Shown here piece after piece: positions 24,366 through 37,070 of a stretch of DNA of 64,000 nucleotides. The notes under the pieces are model-generated. The model saw only the letters and a list, made by a program, of their open reading frames with translations. It made no database searches and had not been told where the DNA came from. The position numbers and the translations under genes are program-made. How positions within the stretch are numbered: position 1 is the first letter of the stretch; every line of letters begins with the position of its first letter. The DNA comes from Octopus bimaculoides (Eukaryota): positions 192,316,924 through 192,380,923 of the forward strand of contig NC_068982.1 in NCBI RefSeq assembly GCF_001194135.2. The letters are read 5' to 3'.

Positions 24366-25490
24366 GCAAGATGTTTGGGCTAAATTTGAAAGTTTGCATA
24401 GAAGAAAAAGAAAACACAATATTCCATCCAATAATAAAAGTATTTTAAAACCTCAAAAAATACCAACTAGATTATGGCTGGAAGATAACAGTTTATTCAA
24501 AGAAGCTTCCCCTCAGCTTCCACCATGGTCTCAAGACCACTCCAGAACCTGGCACATGCATTCTTCACTTTGTCTCTGGGAAGACCTTTGAACACCTCCC
24601 TGATCTTGGCCACCAATTTGGCTTTGGTATCACAGGCAGTGTCTTTCTCAATTGTGCCCCACACATAGTAATCCATGGGATTATAGAAGACTAGAAATTG
24701 GGGCTGGTGAAGTTGTAGAAATTTTCCTACAACCACTTCTGACTCTTTCTGGGGGTATGGAAAGGAGCTGAACCATGCTGCTGCACATATGGCCTCCCAG
24801 CTGCAACCCTCTCCAGCCTGGGATTAACCACAGTCTCCAGCAGCTTCACATAGCCTAAGACCCTTTAAAGATGTGGGGCAGCATGATGTCAACCTCACCG
24901 GAGACAGTTTGGGGTAACATGGTTTTCATGACATGTTGGACACACATGAATCGTAGACAAGCCACCTGTTGTTTTGAGTGTTGTGCAACTGGCCCAGGCA
25001 GAAGTTCTTCTCGTCTGAAAAGAACCAGATCATCCCCAGCTCAACAGGATACCTCAGTTTGTTCAGCAGCTTCTTTGCCTTCATCATCCCCTTGGCTGTC
25101 AGAATTTGTCTCTTGTGCCTTTTNNNNNNNNNNNNNNNNNNNNNNNNNNNNNNNNNNNNNNNNNNNNNNNNNNNNNNNNNNNNNNNNNNNNNNNNNNNNN
25201 NNNNNNNNNNNNNNNNNNNTTCATGATGGCAACTCCAAAACCCATCTCTCTTGCCAAAGCTTGAATTCCCTTACTCGGATTTTTGATCACATGATCTTGC
25301 AGTTGTTGGGTGAATCCTTGTGTGAAGATGCAGTCAGAACGCCAGCTTGTCCCTCTCTACTGGCCATGGCTTTGTTGTCTCTATTGCAGCTGTCCACGTC
25401 ATGCCCTACAGCCTTTACAGTGTTCTCAGAGCATTGAGTAGCAGTCATGATGTCAGCATTTTGATACCCAGCACAAATCATTATGATACA
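24366..25490 (-). mobile_element. IS630-Tc1-mariner transposon, maT/DD37D-like, decayed
   Basis: N-terminus MICAGYQNADIMTATQCSENTVK...IKNPSKGIQALAREM; DDE-region GRPYV..QQ..A..HT..KSQKWL and NPMDYYVWGTIEK...CARFWSGLETMVEAEG; frameshifts; gap 25124-25219. Confidence 0.8.
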
Positions 25491-25569
25491 GGTAAGCCCT
25501 TTCCAATATCCAGATGGCTTTCAGTCCTCTATGTCAGCTTTCTTTTTATCATTTACAACTTCAATCTTT

Positions 25570-25880
25570 ATGCTCTCCAAGGCCGTTGACTATTCACCAA
25601 TACATCAAGCTGTATGACAATCAGGCACAACATATGCAGCAAGTTTACTCCACAGAGAATGACAAACCAACACAAAAATATAATTCCCAGGGACAAGGGA
25701 TTCTAATGAGACGACAAGCAAAAATCTCAAACTGTCTAAATGGGCCACTGAAGGATAGCAAAGGATCTTATCTCAAACAAGCATCGTTTGAGATCGAAAA
25801 TGAACTCAAACACTCCCATGAAAAGAAGAGGGCACAAAAAGTAGCCAGGGCTGTCAAAAATATAAAAACAAACCCTAAAG
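25570..25880 (+). mobile_element. CR1/L2-group LINE ORF2, segment 5' of the hAT insertion
   Basis: EIENELKHSHEKKRAQKVARAVKNIKTNPK(A) continues in frame as (P)KAFYRFAKSSASVQYKIGPL after the hAT element. Confidence 0.75.
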
Positions 25881-28738
25881 CATAGCTTCCCAAAGTGGGC
25901 AAAGGGCAAATTTCTGGAAAGTGGTGAGCGATTTGAGATTTTGGTGGGCAGTGTGAACATTTTGTGGGTGACTAAGAATTTTTAGAAAATAAGTCTGCAT
26001 TTACTGATATCTAGGCATACCTAGAATAAGGATGCACTTTTATCGATTTGATTACTTGCATGAGACGTCCCTTTGTATTAAAAAAGTGGACTTGTTTATC
26101 CATCGAATATTTTTGTCACACAGTCATTGAGATGGATGTCATGCATGCTAAAAATAGCAGCCAAATAGGCCTAGACTTTAAATCATACACCACCACAATT
26201 TTTGTTTTTTACATAATCATATGAAGTCCTACGTGTAGAAAACAAATTCGCAAATATTTTCTGAAAACTTCAAAAAATAAAAGTGTTCTGTGGAATTATA
26301 AGTCGTGCATAATTCTACGGTTTCATATCAAAACACAAGTGCTATTTTCAGGATGTTGACAAAATGTGCAGCACACACAAAACGACAGCTTCGAAATCGT
26401 GTTTCTTGACTGGGTGAAAATGATCAAACTTTAAACCTCTAAAACTTTTTTAAAACATTTTTCTGGAAAAAAGTTGAATAACTCCAGCAATTTAGCTTGG
26501 AAAGGTTCATTAATTTGCCAAATTTTAAAATTTTCAATAAACTTTAATTTTTGAAATGCTGGCAGCCAAACGAACTAGATCCATATTTGCTCCAGTAAAG
26601 ATGTTTTATCTGACTCTGCTCTATCGACTTCTTCTTCTTTTTGGGAATTCCGTACTGCCTTCCAGACACTATCCATAGAAATTCATTTTCACATTTTCAG
26701 TTTACTGATGCCTCCAGTCAAGAAAATTTGTCAACAGTACAGCAGTGATTATTTACCGTTTGGATTTATTCCCTCTCCTCAGAACTGTCAATTACCAATG
26801 TGGCTTCCTTGCCATCAAACATTAACCAACGAAGCAATGAAACCTTCACGCTTGAAGTATCACTTTGATGCAAAGCATTCTGACAAGAAGGATAAACTGT
26901 TGTCCTACTTTTTGCAACTGAGTGCCTCTTTCAAAAAGCAAACAAACATTCAACACGCTACTCCAGAAACCCAGTAAACAAGAGAATGGCGGGTTGAATG
27001 CATCGTACAACATTGTATTGCTTGTTGCTAAGTCTGGCAAGTCTCACACAATTGGAGAAACATTACTTCGCCAGTTTATCGAAGAGGTTTTGTCAACCAT
27101 TATGCACGGAAAACCCGATAACATTATGAAGATCCCACTTGGTAATAACACAATTTCTCAACGCATCAATGAAATGGATAACAATGTCAAACATCAGCTC
27201 GTTAATACCTTCCAGTGTTCTGAATTTTCTATACAAGTGGGTGAGTCAACTGTTGTGGACAATCAATGTTTGATGATGGTATATGTTCAGTATTTCAGCA
27301 AAGACCTTCAGCCTTGTGAGGAAATGCTGTTCACAGAGAAATTGCCGCTTGATTCAAAAGGTACAAGTCTTTCCTTTTTGAACATAATATCCCACTCAGT
27401 AATATTCTTGCCTGTGCGTCTGATGGAGCCCCTTCGATGATAGGAAGATACAGAGGTTTTTCATCTCTCCTAAAGCGTGAAATTCCTCACCAGATACTAA
27501 CTGTTCATTGCTTGGTACACTGGCAGTATTTAGTAGCAAAAAATATGAACGGTAGATTGAATGTGCGCTACAGTTAGTTATCGAGAGTGAACAAATTGAA
27601 GTCCAGTTCCTTGTCTGATCGAATTTTCCATTAACTCTGTCTGAGAAATGATGAGGACCATACTAAACTCTTACACCATACCCGAAGTGCGGTGGCTGTC
27701 AAAAGGAAACTGTATTTTAAGCTTTGTTGAACTGTTTCATATAATCATATCTTTCTTTGAAGATACTCCACTATCTGCCCCATTGATGGTTGCAAGGTGT
27801 GATATCTTTTTTTCTTTGTGATATATTCACAAAATTAAATGATTTGAATATGTTATTGCAAGGAAACAGAAAAACTCTCATTGATTGTAAATCATTTATC
27901 ACTGCCTTCATTTCGAAATTGGTGTTGTTTAAGACTAACATTTCAAAACGTCAATTCCGTCAAATTCCACAACTTGATTCTTTGAAAAATGAATCGGCTG
28001 ATGAGGATTTAACTCCATATTGCAACTATTTTTAATCATTGCAAGATGACATGGTGGAGCGATTTCAAGATGTTATTGTGCTGAATATTTCAAATTGGTA
28101 TAGCAACCTGTTTGAGGTCAATGCAGTCAATTGCGAGGATAACGTTCCGGAGGAATTGATAGAATTACAAAATGACAATGATGCCACAATGCAATATTGT
28201 CATAATGGCAAAGAAGGTTTGTGGTACCACCAAAATATATTGAATTCCTACCCAAATTGGTGGAAACATCTGAAATTACAGCTGAAGTTGATAAGTTTGA
28301 AACCGAATGTAACTGCACTAGCTGCATCGCACCAGACACATGGTTGTATTCTTTTCCTTTATAATACAATCATTTATTATTTTTGCATCTTTGGTTCTGA
28401 TCAATGGTCCATTTGGGAAAAATAAAAAGCAGTGTAAAAGAAAGCACAAGTTTACCGAAGTTAATCTGTCAGCATAATATAGAGTTAACATTAGAATTCT
28501 ATTCACACTAATGGCAAAACTAAACCCACAATAAGGGATTTGCAAACAACCACATATTTAATCCAAATGGCACTAACCAGGCAACAAGTCTATGATATAG
28601 TGTGTGTCGAATGATACAAGGGGATTTGGTGTTGGGCATGTCAGGGTTTTTTTTTTTTACACAGGTGGGCAATGGAGCATTATTTGGCCGATAGGTGGGC
28701 AATATTGCAATTTGGTGCGAAAAGTTTGGGAAACACTG
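25881..28738 (+). mobile_element. Full-length hAT transposon, Buster/Charlie (ZBED5/SCAND3-like) subfamily, transposase pseudogenised
   Basis: TIRs CATAGCTTCCCAAAGT and revcomp CAGTGTTTCCCAAACT; perfect 8-bp TSD CCCTAAAG (25873-25880, 28739-28746); motifs EAMKPSRLKYHF..KH, SHTIGETL, PLGNNTISQRI, FSIQVGEST, SDGAPSMIG, HCLVH, EVRWLSKG over ~26708-28320 with frameshifts. Confidence 0.93.
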
Positions 28739-30490
28739 CCCTAAAGCCTTCTATAGATTTGCAAAATCTTCTGCTTCAGTACAATACAAAATAGGGCCAC
28801 TGTTAAAAAAAATGGTTCACTAACAGCAGACCCCAGAGGATAAGTGAAAGAGTGTTTTCATAACTCCATTGGGACATTTGGAAGTAGATATGCCTGATGA
28901 GTTCTTCAGCACTACAGCTCTACACAAAGTAGAGGAAACAGATGTAATATCAGCCATTGATGAAATGTGCCCAAACTCAGCCACAGGCTCTGATGGATTC
29001 CCAGCAATCCTCCTGAAGAAACACAAAGGGGCTTAAGCAAGACTACTACAGATTTAATTCCAGAGCTTCCTCACAACTGGGAGACTTTCCAAAAAGTTAA
29101 AGGAAGGCATAATATGTCCTATCCATAAGGGTGGTAGCAGAGCAGATGCTAAAAATGATAGACCTGTCTCTCTAACCTTCCATGTCCAGCAAAGTCATGG
29201 AATATATTGTCAAGAGGAAACTGATTGTGTTCCTCAAAGATAACGGCATACTCCCTGACACCCAGCTTTTGCAGCATTATGACTGAGCATTATGACTGAG
29301 TGTTGAAAACAACTAATGAATTGCTCAAACGTGGATGTGATATATTTTGACTTTGCAAAGGCCTTTGATAAGGTCGATCATGGGATGATATGTCACAAGC
29401 TACAGAGACTTGGCATAACTGGGAAACTCAGAGAGTGGTTGCATGACTTCTTAAAAGGCAGAAGCCAGGCTGTAGCAGCCAACGGAGCCCACTCCAAGGA
29501 GACAGTAATAGAGAGTAGACTGCCTCAGGGAACTGTATTGGGGCCATTGCTGTTCATGGTTGCTCTTTCAGACATGCCATCAGTCACACAGATAGTCACA
29601 CTTACTATCTATGCCAATGACACAAAAGTACTACATGCAGCCAAAAAACCTTCTGATGTTAATCTTCTACAGAAAGTCCTAGACGCCATATATAAATGGG
29701 CTGAAGAAAACAACATGCAATTTAATGCAGGTAAATTCCAAGCCCTCTGCTACCAGTTAATTTGTGGCTTGTGCTGGCTCAATCCAGTTGTGGCTTGTGC
29801 TCACAAGCCACAACAACAAAACTTTGAAGCAAAAGGAGTGGCAATCCCAGAGTTAAGTACAGTGCATGATCTGGGGATTGATATGAGCAACGATGCCTTA
29901 TTTTATGGACATATAGTGTGTGATGTGGAGATTGATATAAGCAACGATGCCTCATTTTACGTGCACATCACCAAAATGGTGGTGGTGTACAGGTAAATGA
30001 CCAGATGGACCAAGAAACTGTGATGGCTTTATGTAGGACATTTGTACTGAGCCGTTTGGACTACTGTTCTGAACTGTAGTCATGCTACAGTGTCAAATTA
30101 ATAACAGAACTTGAGGCAGGAAGATTGCATCAATGGAACAGCTGAGAGACTGAAAGAGCTACAACTATACTCCCTGGAACAAGGACAGGAAAGGTATGCA
30201 GTGTATGGAAAATCCTGGAGGGGCTGGCACCAAACTTTGGTATCCAGAGCTATACCAGCCCCCTAACTGAATGTCATTTCACTGTTCCAAAGGTCCCAGT
30301 CATCTCGTCCAATGTAGTGCAATAGCTTAGGATTAAAGGGTCCACAACTATTTAACGCCTTGCCAAAACATCTGAGGGATCTTGATGGAGTAGAGGTACA
30401 TGTTTTCAAGAAATAATTTAACCTCCTGCAATCCAAAGTCCTCAATGAACCTATATCAAGGCAGGAAACTCGAAAGAGGGCAGCAGTGTT
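28739..30490 (+). mobile_element. CR1/L2-group LINE reverse transcriptase region, decayed
   Basis: SATGSDGFPAILLK, PIHKGGSRADAKNDRPVSLT, DVIYFDFAKAFDKVDHG, LPQGTVLGPLLF, YANDTK (YADD box mutated), QFNAGKFQ. Confidence 0.9.
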
Positions 30491-31029
30491 GAACAGAGGT
30501 TCTCTTATATTATAACCCCAGGTCAGAGATGGTCAAGCAAATCTATGTTAAAAGATAATCTATGACCATCCTACCTTTTCATTTTAGATCTAGTGTCTCA
30601 AGGATTACATCAACTCATAAGTTCTTGTACATGGTACTGCACTGGTCAGCCAGGGCTGAAATGCATGATGCCACAACAATAATAGTAACCTTGTTTATAT
30701 TTGAAGGAAGTGAGGAACTCTCTAATATAAGGGAGTAAACTTTAACCCCTTCCTCTCTCATTTATTTCTCGTCTGTAACAGAATCGTTACGGGGGGGAGC
30801 TGCTTTTGACTTAGAAAATAGTAAACAGGATGTTAAGAATTAAGCAGGTGTCTTTCCTTATGGTAAGGTGAGATTTTATGGAGATTTGGCTACTATTTCT
30901 GGCAAGATGAGTAACAATGCAGAGACTGTACTGGTAGGCCACAGGTGAATATTTGGAGAAAGAAGTGATGCAGGGTTCCACTCCAAAATATATACTTTGC
31001 TCTATCTAACAACACACCCACATTCCTGC

Positions 31030-31850
31030 TAGTCTGCCATTTCTCGAGAGCACAGGGTTGCCTGGATGGGAGAGCATTTAATGTTTAAGTAGTGCAACAA
31101 GCTTTGCTTCAATAAAAATGGTGAACTTGCATGAACTTACTTCAAACCAATCCTGTGTCTTGCACCATTTCTTATCAAAGTGCTGTAGATGGTGTTCCTG
31201 AGAAAATCTCACCTCATCAGCACAGCCCTGTCGAGTAGGAGTCTACAGAGAAGGCATCATTTGGTAACCTGATGAACTTTTCTGCTTTACCTGGTCGTTG
31301 GATCATCAATGTTTGTCAGGTGGGTTTCCTATATTACATCTTTTGGTTGAAGTTTGATCTTGCAGCAAAACAAAGAGTGATTCTCATTAGAGTCTCTATT
31401 CTGGAGGGACTGAATTTATGAGTCCATTCCTCAAGTGGAAGTATCTGGTTTGGTGCCAGTGTTTGGGGCAGAGATGTCTCCAAGACATTTTGGATAAGGT
31501 TTTATTTTGGAAGAGAATGTTGATGGAGTGTGCAAAACTCAAGCAACTGTTGTCCAATGCTGTCAATCACATGCCAACTCAAGTAGCACCGACTCTAGTA
31601 CTGGAGTCACCAAGCTGCAGTAATTGTTCTTGGTTTGGAGTTTCATGAATTGTCCTTGAGAGTTGGTCATAGAATTTATCCTTTATATTTTGTATACAGT
31701 AGAGGATTGGGGTAGAGACACTGACAATGTTGACTATTCGATGTATAGAGCTGAAATGAAAATATCCACTCAGTCCCTCTCTTTTGCTGGATTCCACCAT
31801 CTTTAGCAGGGAGTTTCCCAGGGCAAAGCCAACATCATTCTCTTTAATTA
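31030..31850 (-). mobile_element. RTE-type LINE AP-endonuclease fragment
   Basis: VSVSTPILYC..IKDKFYDQLSRTIHETPNQEQLLQLGDSSTRVG matches the SxYAPT...FY..L...LGDFNARVG block. Confidence 0.75.
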
Positions 31851-32109
31851 TACCTGAGCCTTTTCTCTGTTAGTAAAAGCTATAGTTTCTTCTGTTTCTG
31901 TAAAACATGTTTCTTGTTGTGTTGTGATATCCACTTCAAAGTTTAGCAGTTCTTTGTTAATGACTGTAGTCATGCCTGAGTCACTGATCATCAGGAGGTT
32001 TGCTGATAATCCAGTGGTCATGGTCCACCATTCCAGTTTCCTAATCTGAGGGATAGCTTCTCAATTTTGTCTTTTTGTTTTGCCTCTTCGTCCTACTGCA
32101 ACAATAATG

Positions 32110-32480
32110 CCTCAGCAGGCTGGGCCATGTACACTGCATGTCAAAGGGGAGGATCCCAAATGATTTGCTTGTAGTGAACTGGCCTCCAGTAAGAGAGCAC
32201 AAAACAACCCCATCTTCATTTTCAAGGTGTCTGCAAATGATACATGAAATCCCTTTTCACAAACATTGAAAAGTGGGAGGACATTGCTGATGATCACTGA
32301 TGCTGGAGTCTGAGAATAGAAATGGATTTTAAAAAACAAGAGGAAAGGCTGAAGCTTGCTGAGGAAGGAAAGCAAATCTGATAAACAAAAACAACAGCAG
32401 AACAAAATTCATGGGCAGTGCCTTCAAATGCAGTCTCTGTAGCTGGGATTGTCACAAACACATGTGGGTCTCTACAGTCA
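32110..32480 (+). mobile_element. RTE/BovB-like LINE C-terminal fragment
   Basis: GRIPNDLL..ELASSKRAQ..PHLHF..VCK..MK...IEKWEDIADD, plus a terminal FKCSLCSWDCH Cys motif. Confidence 0.7.
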
Positions 32481-32950
32481 CAGGAGACACTGCTTTGCCA
32501 ACGAAACTAAAGCAAGACTTCCCAGGCCTAGAGTTATCGTCTTGTGAGACTAACAGATGCTCCCAAGCTCTGTCATGGAGAGATCGTCATGATTGTTATT
32601 GTCCAGCCCCAGGCCAGTTCTGATTGAATAAACTTATGATGAAAGACATTCCATACATGACCACCTTGATAATTCAAATATCAAGAACATCGTCCATTGA
32701 GTTGTTCTTTTTTAAAATAGTAGGGTGAGATTTGAAGAAGACTGATTATTTCTAGGAGGTCAAACAACAATATAAGAACTCCTTCCCTCTTTGGCTTTCC
32801 CCGCATATTGAGGTTGTGAGAATATGAATAGAACATCAGCTTTGACTTTCATGGTTCAAGTTTGTCATTAATTAATCAAACACTCGGTTATTACATGCAG
32901 CAAAGTTATGTGGTTGGCTAGCATTCTTTAAAAAACAATATCAACAACAA

Positions 32951-33226
32951 TTTTTTTGCCAACCTAATGTGGCAGTCCCATTTAGGGGTGAGTGCTACTG
33001 TTGTTTAGCCTCAGGAAACATTGTCTCCAGCTGGTTATATATGACACACGATCTGTGTCCTTATATTTTCAAACAGAGAAGGTTAGCACCCCCACCCAGC
33101 ATAAAGAAGTTTGAGAATATAAGGACACAGATCTTGTGTTGTATAACCAACTGGAGACGATGTTTCCCAGGGCTAAACAACAGTAGCATTTGCCCCAAAA
33201 TGGGACTGCCACATATTGGCAAAAAA
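32951..33226. repeat. Foldback / long inverted repeat, ~120-bp arms and 34-nt spacer (MITE-like)
   Basis: 32951-33074 is roughly 85% identical by eye to the reverse complement of 33109-33226. Confidence 0.9.
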
Positions 33227-34836
33227 TCCTTACTTTAAAGTGCTGCTACTGAATGCCTCTCGTTGAGAGACTTAGGAACAACACTGTTTCAACAATATCA
33301 ATATTTCTGAAGTGATGATGAGATAACCCATGCTAGCATGGAAAGCGGATGTTAAACGATGACGACAATGATGATGATGATGTTTATTTAATCTAATTTA
33401 GAAATGTTAAAGAAAAAAAAAAATAGAGATAAAACTTTCAGTGGAGAGGAAATATTTCTGTCTCAAGAAATATCTGCAGATGATTTGGTATTTATTCCAA
33501 ACAGAGCTGAAGTGCATTGTATTAACTGAAGGAATGTAATGTACTGCATGAAATACACAAAATGTCATTAGAGAAATTGAACTCAAAACATTTTGGTTGG
33601 CAGCTGAATACAATATGTACACAACCACTTTGCTCCTCTCCAAACACAGAACTTAGCCACACTGAAGCTCTAAATCACCATGTTCTGAATTTGTTTGGCA
33701 CCAGCCAACATTATCTATTGACAAAGAATCAAATAATTTATTACTAAATCATATTTGACTTTGGAGTACTGATGTCATCACAGTTAAAAGCTATTTCTTC
33801 GTTAGCAACAGAAGTTCATTAGGTCAACAGCATTAAGTTATCATCCTAATGAAACACCACAATGAATGGATAACATATGTTGTAAGAGACTGAGTAATAA
33901 AGAAGGAAAGCAAAAAAAGATAACGGAATGTAGATGGATGGGGAAAAAAGCAAATTCAAAATAGGAGACAAAGAAAGAAAATGGAAAAATTAAAAATGAG
34001 AAGAATAGGTATTAAGAGAGGAAAAGGAGGAAGGAAAAAAGGAAGACCATGATTGAGGGTAAGATGAGAAGATAATGGCAAAAATAAAATTGAAGAATGA
34101 AAGAAAAGAGAGCGACTCATAGAAAATGAACAAATTGGAAAGCAATAACTAATGAGGAAGAAGGTAATGCTTCACCGATTTCTTCTTCCAGGTGACACTA
34201 GCAGATGCAACAATGATGACAGCAACAGCATTGGTGCTTTGATGTGTTTGTCTCTCTCTCTCTCTCCCTCTCTCTCTCTCTCTGTCTCACTGTATATGTG
34301 TTACAATCAACACATATGTATCGCCTCCATTCATAAATTACTATGGATTTGTGCTTGTGTATACATAAACATACATATATGTTTGTTGTCTCTCACATAC
34401 ATACACACACACATATATATATGTGAGAAACAACAAACATACTAAAATGCAAATATATTCATATGCACATGCATAAACACATGTATCCATGTATCACACA
34501 TAGACATACACTTCTGTATAAAACATAAGTGCATACACACACTTATGGAGTTATAGTTTAAAGGAAGGGGCTGTGCTCCCAGCCACAGCAGGTACTCCAA
34601 GGCTACTGAAATGAATGCTATTAATATTCCTTTTGAACAGTTACAAGTCAGTGATGAGAGCAAGAGACATGAATGTGTCCAGGAGTGGCTGAGTGGAGGA
34701 GGTGGGAGGAAACAGAGGTAATAGCAATAGAAAAGGTAGAGACAAAGAGACGAAATGTAGGCAAGAGATGGGAGCAGGTTTGTGGTGAGTAATTTTATAT
34801 TAATAAGTTGAATAGCCTTTCTATGGATGCAGAGTG

Positions 34837-34889
<53 letters not shown>

Positions 34890-35070
34890 GTGCCTGCATG
34901 TACATTTGTGTGTGCACATCAGTAGCACCATCCCAGATGTAGGAGCAGTCTTTGAATTGTGGTTCTCCCCTGAGATATGCAAAATGTTTGGAGTTACTTC
35001 AGGGTTTGCAGTACTTTTTTCACTGAAGATAAAGGCCAATTTTTGTGAGGTCATTTTTGCTAAGACTGTT

Positions 35071-35168
35071 GAGCCATGATGGTGAGCCATGATGGTGAGC
35101 CATGATGGTGAGCCATGATGGTGAGCCATGATGGTAAGCCATGATGGTGAGGCATGATGGTGAGGCAT
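35071..35168. repeat. 13-bp minisatellite (GAGCCATGATGGT), ~7.5 copies
   Basis: Direct read; 5 perfect units then 2.5 variant units. Confidence 0.95.
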
Positions 35169-35697
35169 AGCATTTGTATAGACCTTCAGTGCAAATGATT
35201 TGTGTCAAAAGAGGAGAAGGGATACTGTTTCTTGATATGTGAAGCAATTGTGCCACTTTGTTGTTGAAACATTAGTAAATTTCTGTTACTAGTACCAGTG
35301 TAGACTTGATTTGGAATGGAATGGAAAGTGGTATTATTTGTGGAAGAATGGGTGTTATTAAGGTGAAGACAAGAAAGTTGTTGATGTACAGGAAGAAGAA
35401 GAAAGGGACGAAATTGAACCTTGAGACACACTATAATTGGTAGAGTGTGAGGTAGAGAAAACTTGTCTCAGACCACATCAAAATGATGAAGTCTGACAAT
35501 AAAGCACTGAACCAACAAATAAGAGATGAACTAAACTCAAAAACCGGCAGATTGATTAAAAGATCCATGCTGCTAAAGATGCAAAACTATGCTCCTTTGA
35601 TCTGTATACACTAGCAAAATGGCCAAATGTTTGATATGAGTTGTGGATTTTCCCTTCACAGAACATCAAAAGTAAGAAAAGAGATCCAGAAGCACAT

Positions 35698-36165
35698 ACG
35701 AGGTGATATCAAAGAAGTTGCTGTGCTAGTTCTGTAGCATGCCAACAGATGGCGGCACATGGTTGATTGCACAGTTAGAGCTAGCGGTCACCTTCATGAG
35801 GCAGTGTGCTGAATGAATTCACTGTGTTTACTTCACAAGTTGTGAAATTTGTATTTTTGTGATCACATACATGTACACTGTTGTCTGTGATTTTGTCATG
35901 AACAGGAACAAAGAGCCACGAAATTTTAAACTTATGAAGTCTGCTAGAGAGACATTGAGCATGTTTCAGCAAGCTTACGGTGATGAGGCAGTGGATCATA
36001 TGCAATGTTTCAAGTGATGCAGGCACTTCAAAAGTGGAAGAACATCCCTGGAAAATGATGAGCAATCTGAAAGACATGCCACAAACAGAAATGTGGTATT
36101 GTGCATCAAGAATTCATACCCCAGGGTCAGATCATTAATCGAGAGATCTACTGAGACATTCTGAA
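35698..36165 (+). mobile_element. mariner transposon 5' fragment (TIR and HTH region)
   Basis: TA-CGAGGTGATATCAAAGAAGT start; KSARETLSMFQQAYGDEAV...QCFK..RHFKSGRTSLENDEQSER matches the mariner N-terminal HTH. Confidence 0.7.
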
Positions 36166-36173
36166 GTGTCTGA

Positions 36174-36835
36174 GCTGGCATCGACCACGACCGGATGGTG
36201 CTTTTTACATGCCACCAGCACAGAGGCCAGTCAAAGCGGCACTGGCATCGACCATGTTCAGATGGTGCTTTTTACNNNNNNNNNNNNNNNNNNNNNNNNN
36301 NNNNNNNNNNNNNNNNNNNNNNNNNNNNNNNNNNNNNNNNNNNNNNNNNNNNNNNNNNNNNNNNNNNNNNNNNNNNNNNNNNNNNNNNNNNNNNNNNNNN
36401 NNNNNNNNNNNNNNNNNNNNNNNNNNNNNNNNNNNNNNNNNNNNNNNNNNNNNNNNNNNNNNNNNNNNNNNNNNNNNNNNNNNNNNNNNNNCTGGCATCG
36501 ACCATGTTCAGATGGTGCTTTTTACATGCCACCAGCACAGAGGCCAGTCAAAGCGGCACTGGCATCGACCATGTTCAGATGGTGCTTTTTACATGCCACC
36601 AGCACAGAGGCCAGTCAAAGCGGCACTGGCATCGACCATGTTCAGATGGTGCTTTTTACGTGCTACCGGCATGGGGCTCACAACTACAGTTTCCTTTTGA
36701 TGTGATTTTGATATTGCTGTTGATGTTGATGTACTTGACTCAATAGCTCTCCTCAAGCACAGCATGTCACCCTACGATCCAAGGTACTGTCCAACCCATG
36801 CCAGCATGGAAAATGGACGCTAAATGATGATGATG
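36174..36835 (+). mobile_element. (GAT)n-tailed retroposon with an expanded 67-bp tandem array (36174-36670)
   Basis: Unit ctggcatcgaccatgttcagatggtgctttttacatgccaccagcacagaggccagtcaaagcggca starts at 36492, 36559 and 36626, with copies before gap 36276-36491; gatgatgat tail at ~36826-36838. Confidence 0.9.
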
Positions 36836-36849
36836 ATGTATTTGTGTGT

Positions 36850-37070
36850 GTGTGTGTGAGTGCCTTTGTGTCAGTATTTTTACCCCCACTATTGCTTGGC
36901 AACTGATGTTGGTGTGTTTATGATCCCAAAACTTAGCAGTTCAGCAAAAGAGTCTGATAGAATAAGTACAAGGCTTTAAAAAAAAAATCAAGTACTAGGG
37001 GTGATTCATTCAACAAAATATTCTTCAAAGTGGTGCCCTAGCATGGCCACAGACAAATGACTGAAAAAAA
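36850..37070 (+). mobile_element. tRNA-derived SINE, 3' part
   Basis: cttagcagttcagcaaaagagtctgatagaataagtac...gtgcctagcatggccacagacaaatgactgaaa. Confidence 0.8.

Noticed and set aside
29316-29996. 226-aa ORF as a functional reverse transcriptase gene
   Set aside because: YADD is mutated to YAND, flanks are frameshifted and the element is split by a hAT; a dead LINE fragment.
36174-36670. Regularly spaced repeats resembling a CRISPR array
   Set aside because: Head-to-tail 67-bp units with no unique spacers, no cas genes, eukaryotic retroposon context.
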